The notes under the pieces: generated by a model
What the model saw: the letters and a program-made list of their open reading frames with translations, nothing else
What the model was told of the DNA's origin: nothing
Database searches by the model: none
Source of the DNA: Agriterribacter sp.
GTDB lineage: Bacteria > Bacteroidota > Bacteroidia > Chitinophagales > Chitinophagaceae
DNA length: 64,000 bases
Reading direction: 5' to 3'
NCBI GenBank assembly: GCA_041484195.1
Contig: JBGPHC010000010.1
Span: 28,468 to 92,467, forward strand
Position numbers and translations under genes: made by a program
Part shown: positions 48,799 through 57,061 of the stretch, one piece after another
Position numbering within the stretch: the first letter of the stretch is position 1
How the letters are laid out: each line of letters opens with the position of its first letter

Positions 48799-49983
48799 TC
48801 AAAGTGTAACCGCATAGAAATTCCCATCGGTGCTCCCAAAAAAAATGACTTTATTGTCAATGGCAGGGGTGCAGTGAATGGATCCCAAAGTGAGCAGGGT
48901 TTGCTCGGCCTGCCGCGTATCCGACCCATATAGACTAAATCCTTTTTTGAAATGGTCGTTTTCATCATATACTGAGAAATAGTTCGCCTTGCTCCCATCT
49001 GTTTGAAAGATCCATTCAATCGCTCCCGTACGGTAATTAGCTCCATAGATTTTGCCATTAAAGCAGCCAAAATAAACCAGTGAATCTTTGGCGACAGCCG
49101 AACCAAATACTCTCATGTTCAGGGGGATTTTCCATTTGACATCTCCATAATCTTTTCCCATGCAATAGAAGCTATGAGAATCGGAAGTGCCAAAATAAAT
49201 ATTGCCTTCATAAACCATGGGTATCGCAATCACCCAACTACCAGCTTCTTTCATGTTCCATTGTCCATGACCTTTTTTGGCATTGATGGCATATATATTA
49301 TAATCCCGGCTTCCAAAATACAAAACTCCCTGGTCCAGAGCGGCTCCTTTTTGGATCTCTCCTTTCGGAAAATAGGCATCTCCAATGGTCTTAAATTTCC
49401 AGACCTGCTTTCCGGAACCTGCATTCAAGGCGTAGAGGGTTCCGTCGAAGCTTCCTGCATAAACTTTATTACTATCAACCGTAACGGTGCCATGTATGGG
49501 ACCGGGTGTCTCGAAAATCCATTTTTGTTTACCCGAAAAAGCGTTGAGCGCATATAATTTACCGTTACCATTGCCAATGAACAGAGTTCCCTGCGAATAT
49601 ACTGGCGAAGCAAGGTAATAGTCCCAGGCATCATAATATTTCTCACCCGAAGTATGGAATGTCCAGTTCAACTTGCCCGTCCTGGGATTCAGCGCATATA
49701 GATTACCCGAACTATTGTAACAATAGAGAATTTCGTTTACAACCAATGCGTCTGACCTTATCTCCCCATTGGACCTGAATTTCCATTTCAAATTTCCGCT
49801 TTGTTGATCCAGCGCATATAGGCAACTGTCACTGCTTCCAATATAAATGAGCCCGGATTGAATGACAGGGGAACCCACAATTTTACCATTGCTATGAAAT
49901 TTCCATTTTACCTGACCCTGGCTGGGCTGGGACTTACCCTGTTGGAAACTCAGGGAAAACAGAAAAATCAGTACGGATTTCAT
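48799..49983 (-). CDS. Secreted PQQ-like/BamB-like beta-propeller repeat protein
   Basis: About eight repeats of the pattern G.LYALN..(T/S)GK..W.F. Signal peptide MKSVLIFLFSLSFQQGKSQ if the start is ATG 49983; alternative starts are 50001 and 50070. Confidence 0.75.
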   Translation of the reverse strand: MKSVLIFLFSLSFQQGKSQPSQGQVKWKFHSNGKIVGSPVIQSGLIYIGSSDSCLYALDQQSGNLKWKFRSNGEIRSDALVVNEILYCYNSSGNLYALNPRTGKLNWTFHTSGEKYYDAWDYYLASPVYSQGTLFIGNGNGKLYALNAFSGKQKWIFETPGPIHGTVTVDSNKVYAGSFDGTLYALNAGSGKQVWKFKTIGDAYFPKGEIQKGAALDQGVLYFGSRDYNIYAINAKKGHGQWNMKEAGSWVIAIPMVYEGNIYFGTSDSHSFYCMGKDYGDVKWKIPLNMRVFGSAVAKDSLVYFGCFNGKIYGANYRTGAIEWIFQTDGSKANYFSVYDENDHFKKGFSLYGSDTRQAEQTLLTLGSIHCTPAIDNKVIFFGSTDGNFYAVTL

Positions 49984-50066
49984 AAGGTGAATTTTGATCA
50001 TACTTTCGAAATTTTCATTGGTGAATTTACTTATTAATGTATTTGGGCTGAGAATTGAGAGGGTTG

Positions 50067-50486
50067 TCATTCCCCATTTTTTATTAGTTGTTGTTCGGCC
50101 GATTTTGCCCTGATCAGAATGTATTCATCATTGTCTGCAGCGAGGTATCCAAATTCGTAACAAAATGCATAGGTAAGTCCTTTTCTTGAAATGCAGGTAT
50201 GAGTAAAATACCTGAAGTCAAATCCCCGCATGATCAGCTCATGCCTGGGAATTCTGGCAAGTTTTTTTTCAGGCGGGATGAGTTCATTCAGGATGCGCCT
50301 GTTACGGCGAAGGGTATTATTGATATTCCTGACCAATTTGTTAGTATCACTGTTTAGCCTGTTATTATAAGCGTTGCGACACCAGTCGTCACAGAATTTT
50401 TTATCTATCCTCCCTTTTAGAGGTTTGCCGCATTGGAGGCAGTCTTTGTTTGAAGTAGTAATATCCATAGCTATTGATTGAATCAT
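50067..50486 (-). CDS. Hypothetical protein with N-terminal FCS-type zinc ribbon
   Basis: 139 aa. CLQCGKPLKGRIDKKFCDDWC gives C-x2-C ... FC-x3-C spacing and is followed by a basic region, NAYNNRLNSDTNKLVRNINNTLRRNRR. Confidence 0.6.
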   Translation of the reverse strand: MIQSIAMDITTSNKDCLQCGKPLKGRIDKKFCDDWCRNAYNNRLNSDTNKLVRNINNTLRRNRRILNELIPPEKKLARIPRHELIMRGFDFRYFTHTCISRKGLTYAFCYEFGYLAADNDEYILIRAKSAEQQLIKNGE

Positions 50487-50665
50487 AAAATTAGAATGCC
50501 TTCATACCCTCTCCAAATGATTGCAAACAGAAAATTGCGGATACAAATGTTAAAATACCGGCTACGGCTTTCTCATCATACCATATTTGTATCGTCAATT
50601 ACACGGAATTCCGGCGGTTCAATTGAGGCGGGGTTGATCGATTAAGAAAATCAAAAAGAAGAATC

Positions 50666-51004
50666 ATGAATGCTTTAAGAAACAAAGTACAATTGATCGG
50701 TAATCTGGGAAATGTCCCTGACGTAAGGAATACCGATTCGGGCAAAAAAATGGCCAGAATGTCTGTTGCGACGAATGAGTCGTATAGAAATGCCAAGGGT
50801 GAAAAAATCACTGAAACCCAATGGCACAATGTGATTGCCTGGGGAAAGCAGGCGGAGATTATCGAAAAATACCTTACCAAGGGCAGTGAAGTTGCCCTGG
50901 AAGGGAAATTAGTAACGAGGAATTATACCGACAAGGCCGGAGTCAAAAGATTCAGCACAGAAGTGCATTTGAATGAATTGCTCCTGCTGGGAGGAAAACA
51001 ATGA
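50666..51004 (+). CDS. ssb: Single-stranded DNA-binding protein, short form without acidic C-terminal tail
   Basis: 112 aa with an OB fold (NKVQLIGNLG...TQWHNVIAWGK...LEGKLVTRNY). It ends ...LLLLGGKQ, with no Gly/Pro-rich linker and no acidic tip. Confidence 0.85.
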   Translation: MNALRNKVQLIGNLGNVPDVRNTDSGKKMARMSVATNESYRNAKGEKITETQWHNVIAWGKQAEIIEKYLTKGSEVALEGKLVTRNYTDKAGVKRFSTEVHLNELLLLGGKQ

Positions 51005-51043
51005 AGAATTTTCTCTTCTCCTACCATGTTGTCTCCTGAGTAA

Positions 51044-51067
51044 AACAGCCGTCTTCTGGCGGCTGTT
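51044..51067 (+). terminator. Hairpin downstream of ssb (weak U-tract)
   Basis: 8-bp stem AACAGCCG/CGGCTGTT with loop TCTTCTGG, followed by CTTT. It is flanked by a 10-bp direct repeat, GTCTCCTGAG, at 51031-51040 and 51073-51082. Confidence 0.45.
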
Positions 51068-51275
51068 CTTTAGTCTCCTGAGCGTTGGTGAAGGAAATGG
51101 GAAAAAGTATGAGATTGCTCATGGCCTCAATCGCCATTGAGGCACTCGAGACATGTGGCGACATATGGAATTTTCTCATGGCTCCATAGTGTTCCACCTG
51201 CTCTTGGTGCCTCAATGGTTTTAGATCATTTTAGGCGCCGGAATTGGGCCGATTATTTGAATAGTAAATTCAAAA

Positions 51276-51338
51276 CAATAGATTCAATGCAATAGATTCA
51301 AAGCTGAATCAGATAATATTATGAATCAGATAATATTA
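51276..51338. repeat. Two adjacent short tandem duplications
   Basis: CAATAGATTCAA-TG-CAATAGATTCAA (51276-51301) and GAATCAGATAATATTA-T-GAATCAGATAATATTA (51306-51338), just downstream of the GNAT stop codon. Confidence 0.9.
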
Positions 51339-51354
51339 GATGAAGCTGTGCTTA

Positions 51355-51873
51355 TCAAATACTCTTATTCATAAGCCAGTCAGTCTGAACTTCATCTCCA
51401 AGGATGAATGGGTGCTCTCCAAATTTCTCGAATCCCCATTTGGAATAGAAGCTGATGGCCCGGGGGTTATGTTCCCATACACCCAGCCATATAAGCTTCT
51501 TTCCCCTCCGCTTTGCAATTCCGAGAATTTCTTCCATGAGAGATTTCCCGATTCCTTTGCCGATCATACTGAGTGTGCTATAGATTCGACAAATTTCAAT
51601 TGATGGCTCACCGTCGAGTTCAGTTGGTTGAGAAGATTCGCTCAATTTCGCATAACCTGCGAGTTGCTCATTTGAATAAGCAAGTAGGAATATATTTTCA
51701 TTCGAGGCGACTTCATCCCGGAGTCTTTTGGAGGAAAATTCATTTCCCATATATTTCTCCATATTCTCAGGCGTATTGTATTGGGCAAAACTGTCATAAA
51801 AGGTCTTGCGACTGATGTCGGCAACTATTTCAGAATCCTGGAGACCAGCCTGCCTGATTTTGATGGATTGCAT
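51355..51873 (-). CDS. GNAT-family N-acetyltransferase
   Basis: 172 aa with acetyl-CoA motif MIGKGIGKSLM in the usual motif-A position. Confidence 0.8.
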   Translation of the reverse strand: MQSIKIRQAGLQDSEIVADISRKTFYDSFAQYNTPENMEKYMGNEFSSKRLRDEVASNENIFLLAYSNEQLAGYAKLSESSQPTELDGEPSIEICRIYSTLSMIGKGIGKSLMEEILGIAKRRGKKLIWLGVWEHNPRAISFYSKWGFEKFGEHPFILGDEVQTDWLMNKSI

Positions 51874-52111
51874 ACTGCAATTTAGGGGTCAGACAGGGAA
51901 TTTCAATTGAATCAGGATCATTGTAATAGCCTGATGCCCGGGACTGAGGATCCCGGTTATTTAAGCTCGTTACACAAAATAAATGCTGAGGGAAATTTAG
52001 AAATTCCTGCAATCCCTTTTTCAGGATTAGGACAAATTATGCCAGGACTACCATAAAAATTATCTCTCTTTTACACCGAGATTCGACAATTGGGGATGCC
52101 AGACTATTTGC

Positions 52112-53293
52112 TCATATATTTTCTATTACCATGGCACTCGCACCTCCGCCTCCATTGCAGATGCCGGCGGCACCATACTTCGCCTTATTTGCTTTTAAAA
52201 CATTAATTAGGGTAACGATGATCCTGGCACCACTGCAGCCAAGTGGATGTCCAAGCGATACCGCGCCGCCATGGACATTTACTCTGGAGGGATCAAGTTT
52301 CATGCGCCGGCTGTTTTCAATACCCACTACTGCAAAAGCTTCATTCAATTCCCAATAAGAGATATCTTCCATTTTGAGACCAGCCTTTGCAACGGCCCGG
52401 GGTACTGCTATTGAAGGCGTCGTTGTGAACCATTCGGGCGCCTGCTCAGCATCGGCATATGAAAGGACTCTCGCTATGGCCCTTAATCCCAGTTCCTCCG
52501 CCTTTTCCTTGCTCATGAGTACCAATGCTGCCGCGCCATCATTCATCGATGAGGCATTGGCGGCAGTGACGGTCCCGTCTTTTTGAAAAGCCGGTTTCAA
52601 TTCAGGTATCTTGTCAAACTTTACATTGAATGGGTCCTCATCCCTGGAGAACAGAATCGGGTTGCCTTTTCTCTGGGGAATTTCAACGGGTATGATTTCA
52701 TTTTCGAATTCCCGTTTTTCCCAGGCAGCCTGAGAACGCTTATAACTTTCTACTGCAAACGCATCCTGGTCTCCCCGGCTAATGCCACATTCCTTAGCAC
52801 AGAGTTCCGCGGCATTGCCCATAGCCATGCCATCATATACATCGGTCAGGCCGTCTTTGGCCAGTCCGTCAATCATTGCCGTGTTACCGTACTTATTTCC
52901 CCAACGCATATTCGCGTTATAGTATGGTACATTACTCATGCTTTCCATCCCTCCGGCTGCAACGATATCTGCGTCACCCAGCGCAATGCTTTGTGCAGCC
53001 AGCGAAATTGCTTTCATCCCACTGGCGCAGACTTTATTAATTGTAGTGCAATTCACTTCATTGGGCAGGCCTGCAAACTTGGATGCCTGTCTGGCCGGAG
53101 CCTGACCCAGATTTGCCTGGATCACACAGCCCATCAGAACATCCTGGACCAATTTAGGATCCAAGCCCGCTTTCTGGAGCGCGGCCTTGACCGCAAAACC
53201 GCCCAATTCAGTTGCAGAAAAATCTTTCAGGGCTCCGCCAAAACTCCCAATTGGAGTGCGCACCGCAGAAATAATAAATACTTCTTTATTCAT
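52112..53293 (-). CDS. Acetyl-CoA C-acetyltransferase (thiolase II)
   Basis: 393 aa with active-site NKVCASGMKA, NVHGGAVSLGHPLGCSGARI and GICNGGGGA. Confidence 0.95.
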   Translation of the reverse strand: MNKEVFIISAVRTPIGSFGGALKDFSATELGGFAVKAALQKAGLDPKLVQDVLMGCVIQANLGQAPARQASKFAGLPNEVNCTTINKVCASGMKAISLAAQSIALGDADIVAAGGMESMSNVPYYNANMRWGNKYGNTAMIDGLAKDGLTDVYDGMAMGNAAELCAKECGISRGDQDAFAVESYKRSQAAWEKREFENEIIPVEIPQRKGNPILFSRDEDPFNVKFDKIPELKPAFQKDGTVTAANASSMNDGAAALVLMSKEKAEELGLRAIARVLSYADAEQAPEWFTTTPSIAVPRAVAKAGLKMEDISYWELNEAFAVVGIENSRRMKLDPSRVNVHGGAVSLGHPLGCSGARIIVTLINVLKANKAKYGAAGICNGGGGASAMVIENI

Positions 53294-53473
53294 GATTTGT
53301 CTTTAAACCAAGGGGCAAAGATAACGATTGTTAGTTTAGTACAGAAAGGGTTGGCCGCGGATCGCGATCTGGAAAGAAATATGAAAATTTACAGTGATGG
53401 AACAAAGAGAATTCATCCGAAGTTTATTGAATATCCCTTACCGGTAGTTTGGAGCCTGGTTGAGCAATGACTT

Positions 53474-54211
53474 CTACCTGGTCCTTCTCTCCCGCACTTC
53501 TTTCAGTTGCATGGTCCAACCGATATCCATCCTGATGATAAGAAGGTTTGTGGACACATTGAGTACCCATATCTCTTTTCGATCTGGCTGACCCTCTGCC
53601 TTGTTCTCCAAAGCGAATCCTTCGAGGTTTAAAGGCTTCCCTTTATAATTCACTGCGACCGTTACTGCATCTGCCTCAGGACTGCTGAAAGATTCAGGCT
53701 GGTTATTGTCGAATGCAATGCTGGTTTGACCCTTGGCGATTTCTTTGAAATTGGAGGAAGTCATCCAGATTGAACTTGCATCTGCAAGTTTCAATTCCCC
53801 CGCGGGAAGATTGGATATATACTTTTTGCTTGTTGTCAGACCTTTTGTGTTGATGGTTATATGGCCCGCCTTGTTTTCAGGTGCAGTGGCTATCCAGCTG
53901 AAATCCGCTATAGTTGTAGCATCAAATTTATTGGGAACTACCAGGAGATTGTAATGCTTTCCGGCCGCATTGACTTCATACACCAGTGTATCTCCTCTCA
54001 ATATATTGAATGTGCAGGGACCATCTTCATAGCAGATCAACTCTTCAAATTCGTTATTGCCAGAGGAGGTTTTTATTTTCTTAACGTTTTTCTTAGCTAT
54101 GCTCTTCCCTTTGGGAGCCGTTTTTTTAGGAGCTGGCTTGATGGATTTGGTCTGGGCTTGAATACCTGCCGAGCAAATGAGAAATGCGGCAATAAACAGG
54201 AGGAGTTTCAT
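53474..54211 (-). CDS. Hypothetical secreted protein
   Basis: 245 aa with signal peptide MKLLLFIAAFLICSAGIQAQ, then a Lys-rich linker (KKTAPKGKSIAKKNVKKIK) and a beta-rich domain. No motif recognised. Confidence 0.6.
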   Translation of the reverse strand: MKLLLFIAAFLICSAGIQAQTKSIKPAPKKTAPKGKSIAKKNVKKIKTSSGNNEFEELICYEDGPCTFNILRGDTLVYEVNAAGKHYNLLVVPNKFDATTIADFSWIATAPENKAGHITINTKGLTTSKKYISNLPAGELKLADASSIWMTSSNFKEIAKGQTSIAFDNNQPESFSSPEADAVTVAVNYKGKPLNLEGFALENKAEGQPDRKEIWVLNVSTNLLIIRMDIGWTMQLKEVRERRTR

Positions 54212-54393
54212 ACGATATTTTTATAGGTCTGAATCGAATAAAGAATTTCGCCCAAGGCACTGAATCAACCAGGCAGACTGCCTTAATTACTAACGAATAA
54301 TAAGCGGATAAATTACCTGCCAGAAGACATGAATTGTGCATGAAATGAATTTCACCCTTTCCGGGACGGCCGGGTGTTGGAACATTTTTTGAG

Positions 54394-54864
54394 TCAACCT
54401 GCCTTATGGAAATATGCCGATGACCTGATGGAGATGGGAATTCCCACTGCGAGTACCAGTATGAGAATACCAACAATTACCTGAACTGCTTCAAAGGGCC
54501 CTCTCATCACATTTGAAAAGGGTAAGACTATGCAGTTCATGGCCAGCCAAATAAGAATGCCATAAAATATTCCCGATAAGACTACGTGCTTTTGGACCCA
54601 AATTATCCTGGAGGCCAGTAGAAAAAAGAAAGAAGTGAATAGAAATGCTATCAGGTAGTGAAATACCAAACCCAGGATAGCCATGATACTCCCGCCAGTA
54701 TATGCCTCTTTACCAAATATGCCACTCGCTATATAGTAAAATATCCTGACCGGATTCTTAGCGTAGACGACAAGATAATTGATGATGGCTCCAATCGCGT
54801 CCAGAGTTCCAGCCAGCAAAGAAGTCCACAATACAGCAAGGAAAAGGTTCAAGGAAATTTTCAT
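54394..54864 (-). CDS. Hypothetical integral membrane protein (about 4 TM)
   Basis: 156 aa with four hydrophobic segments. No catalytic motif recognised. Confidence 0.6.
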   Translation of the reverse strand: MKISLNLFLAVLWTSLLAGTLDAIGAIINYLVVYAKNPVRIFYYIASGIFGKEAYTGGSIMAILGLVFHYLIAFLFTSFFFLLASRIIWVQKHVVLSGIFYGILIWLAMNCIVLPFSNVMRGPFEAVQVIVGILILVLAVGIPISIRSSAYFHKAG

Positions 54865-55229
54865 ATTCTTTCTTTTGATCGGTAAAATAGCGCGGAATCC
54901 AGAGAATCCGAATTTATTTAGTAGCCTGATCTTTTGTCAATCAGGATTGCTCCTTTCCGGCCTTTTTACCGGAGTAAGCAAAGAGTACCAAGAAGCATTC
55001 AGTCACTGGTCGCATCGGGCCGTACAAATCCTTAACCGGGCGAAGAATGGAAACTTATCCTTATTCCCTGGCCTGGAAAATCGGATTACTATCCGGGGTT
55101 CTCAGTAAAAAGCCGCAAAAAACTTGCTTCCATCAGATGCAATTCTTATCTTATCGCATCAATTACCTGCACCGGGAATTCTCATTCTATAAACCTGATC
55201 CTTCTAAATTTCATGTAACCATTAAAAAT

Positions 55230-55643
55230 ATGACCATGAACTGGAACCTGATTTTTAAACTTTCCCTATTCGGATTGGCCATGGGTATTGCAACGGTATA
55301 TTGGATACCCTCCAATATCGAGCCCTATTTCTGGCTTGTGATATTCATTATCTGCGCTTATGCTATTGCCAAGAACTGTACGGGAAAATATTTCCTGCAC
55401 GGGTTCTTTCTGAGTTTGGTAAATTGCATCTGGATCACCGCCGCACATGTTTTATTATTCAAAACATATGCGACCAACCATCCGGAAGTGCTGACCATGA
55501 ATGCCAGGATGCCGCTTCCCACCCATCCGCGAATCATGACACTGATTTTGGGGCCAATTTTTGGAGTTCTGTTTGGTTTGATTCTCGGCCTGTTTGCCTT
55601 CGTGGCGGGGAAGTTCGTGAAAAAACCGGCCACGAGCACTTAA
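55230..55643 (+). CDS. Hypothetical integral membrane protein (about 4 TM)
   Basis: 137 aa from ATG 55230 (MTMNWNLIFKLSLFGLAMG). The long track ORF from 55047 has an implausible N-terminus. Confidence 0.55.
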   Translation: MTMNWNLIFKLSLFGLAMGIATVYWIPSNIEPYFWLVIFIICAYAIAKNCTGKYFLHGFFLSLVNCIWITAAHVLLFKTYATNHPEVLTMNARMPLPTHPRIMTLILGPIFGVLFGLILGLFAFVAGKFVKKPATST

Positions 55644-55773
55644 AAATCAGTTTGAATTCTCCTGTTCCCAACTCTCGTCCCCATTTGGAATTATGCAAGT
55701 CGGGACAGGAACCTAATCTGCCAATTATTTGACAAATAGCCCAGGCCAGTTGCGAAAATTATTTCAGTTCAAA

Positions 55774-55808
55774 CAAAAAAAGAGTCCGCCAAATGGCGGA
55801 CTCTTTTG
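55774..55808. terminator. Bidirectional Rho-independent terminator
   Basis: A-run, then AGAGTCCGCC-AAAT-GGCGGACTCT, then TTTT. It lies between convergent genes (membrane protein on the plus strand, TIM-barrel protein on the minus strand). Confidence 0.85.
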
Positions 55809-55831
55809 GAATTCTTAGCCTTTTTTCGAAA

Positions 55832-56743
55832 TCAATAGCCCCATTTTCTCATGATCGCAAAATCTTCTTTTGCGCATTCGACCGGGGTCTTACCCTGATA
55901 TGATTCCTGTTCGATGATGAAATGGGTAGTGCCACCAGATTTTCTCGCAAGGTCCACTACTTCTTTTGTTCCTACCACTCCGTTGCCCAGGATGGTGCTT
56001 TCATAGCCACCCATCTCTCCTTTTTCGCTTTTGATTTCATCCTTGACATGCATCAATTCAAATTTTCCAGGGTATTGTTTGAGAATTTCCAGTGCCCTCC
56101 CGCCGGCTCCATACATATTGCCAATATCAAGTTGCTGAGCCACCAGGTTAGGATCCGTATTCTCGAGGATGATGTCGAATACCTTCTTACCATTCAGTTC
56201 CGAGCTGAATTCGAAATCATGATTATGGTAGCCGAATTTCATACCCGATTTCTTACAGAGTTCACCGCTCTTATTGAATACTTCCATATACTTTTTCAGG
56301 TCGTCATAATTCTTGCGGTATCCTTCATCGAGCCAGGGGCTTATTACGTATTGCTGACCCATAGTGGCTGCGTCTTCCACGGTGTATTTCCATGCGTCAG
56401 TAAAGTCCATTTTCGCCTCGTCCCAGTGCTGACGGCCCATTACGGTATGGCCGCTGGGCATCTTCATCCCCAGGTCTGATAACAATTTTTTGAAGTCTTT
56501 GGGCGCATAGCCATAGCATTTTCTGTTTACATAACTGGCATGTTCAACATTCTTATAGCCGATCTTGGCTATCTGCTTTAGGGTGCCCAGTGGGTCCTTT
56601 GACATGTCGTCACGTACGGAATACAGTTGTATCCCCAAAATTCCCCTGCCTTTCCATTCGGCAAAGAGTTCATTGCTAAGTACGGAAGCGCCGGCAATTG
56701 CCAGGGCGGTTTTTTTCAGAAAACTTCTGCGAGAGCTGGTCAT
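55832..56743 (-). CDS. TAT-signal xylose-isomerase-like TIM-barrel protein (sugar phosphate isomerase/epimerase family)
   Basis: 303 aa with twin-arginine signal SRRSFLKKTALAIAGASV. AP-endonuclease-2/xylose-isomerase-like barrel pattern (GYKNVEH...FGYHNHDFEF...MHVKD...FIIEQE). Confidence 0.8.
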   Translation of the reverse strand: MTSSRRSFLKKTALAIAGASVLSNELFAEWKGRGILGIQLYSVRDDMSKDPLGTLKQIAKIGYKNVEHASYVNRKCYGYAPKDFKKLLSDLGMKMPSGHTVMGRQHWDEAKMDFTDAWKYTVEDAATMGQQYVISPWLDEGYRKNYDDLKKYMEVFNKSGELCKKSGMKFGYHNHDFEFSSELNGKKVFDIILENTDPNLVAQQLDIGNMYGAGGRALEILKQYPGKFELMHVKDEIKSEKGEMGGYESTILGNGVVGTKEVVDLARKSGGTTHFIIEQESYQGKTPVECAKEDFAIMRKWGY

Positions 56744-57061
56744 AGCGATCGTCTGTATTTAAAGGTTTGAAAATCATTTTTGTTTTCAGGAAGGAACAAT
56801 CCCTAAACTGCCTGCATGCCATTCAACTCGGGTAATCTATTGACCAAATTAAGGTAGGACTTTTATTTCTTTTCAACACGGAAATTATCTGCCTATTGAA
56901 TGCGAATAAAAGTAGGAAGAATCGGAATCAGACGCTCCTATCCCTGGAAATCCTCCAAATAATTCCCGACCGGACTTGCCTCTAAATATTTGCCGGCGAC
57001 AAAAATTTCTGATTAACTTTAAGGGATATACCTTCTTCCACCAATCCTAACAATTTCTACG

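Noticed and set aside
51021-51215. 64-aa minus-strand ORF in the ssb/GNAT spacer.
   Set aside because: It overlaps the hairpins and repeats described for this spacer. It has no motifs, and its composition is not convincing for a protein.
52583-53470. 295-aa plus-strand ORF antisense to the thiolase gene, the longest of many long antisense ORFs. Others include 1110-1676, 3518-4102, 9718-10263, 19331-19882, 32219-32842, 42843-43352 and 55922-56479.
   Set aside because: Its sequence is low-information (Cys/His/Arg/Phe-rich with no motifs). It lies in the antisense frame that stays open whenever the sense gene avoids TTA/CTA/TCA codons. The sense genes all carry unambiguous catalytic motifs. The pattern recurs over many genes, so I read it as a codon-usage by-product rather than overlapping genes. 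Only ribosome profiling could overturn this.
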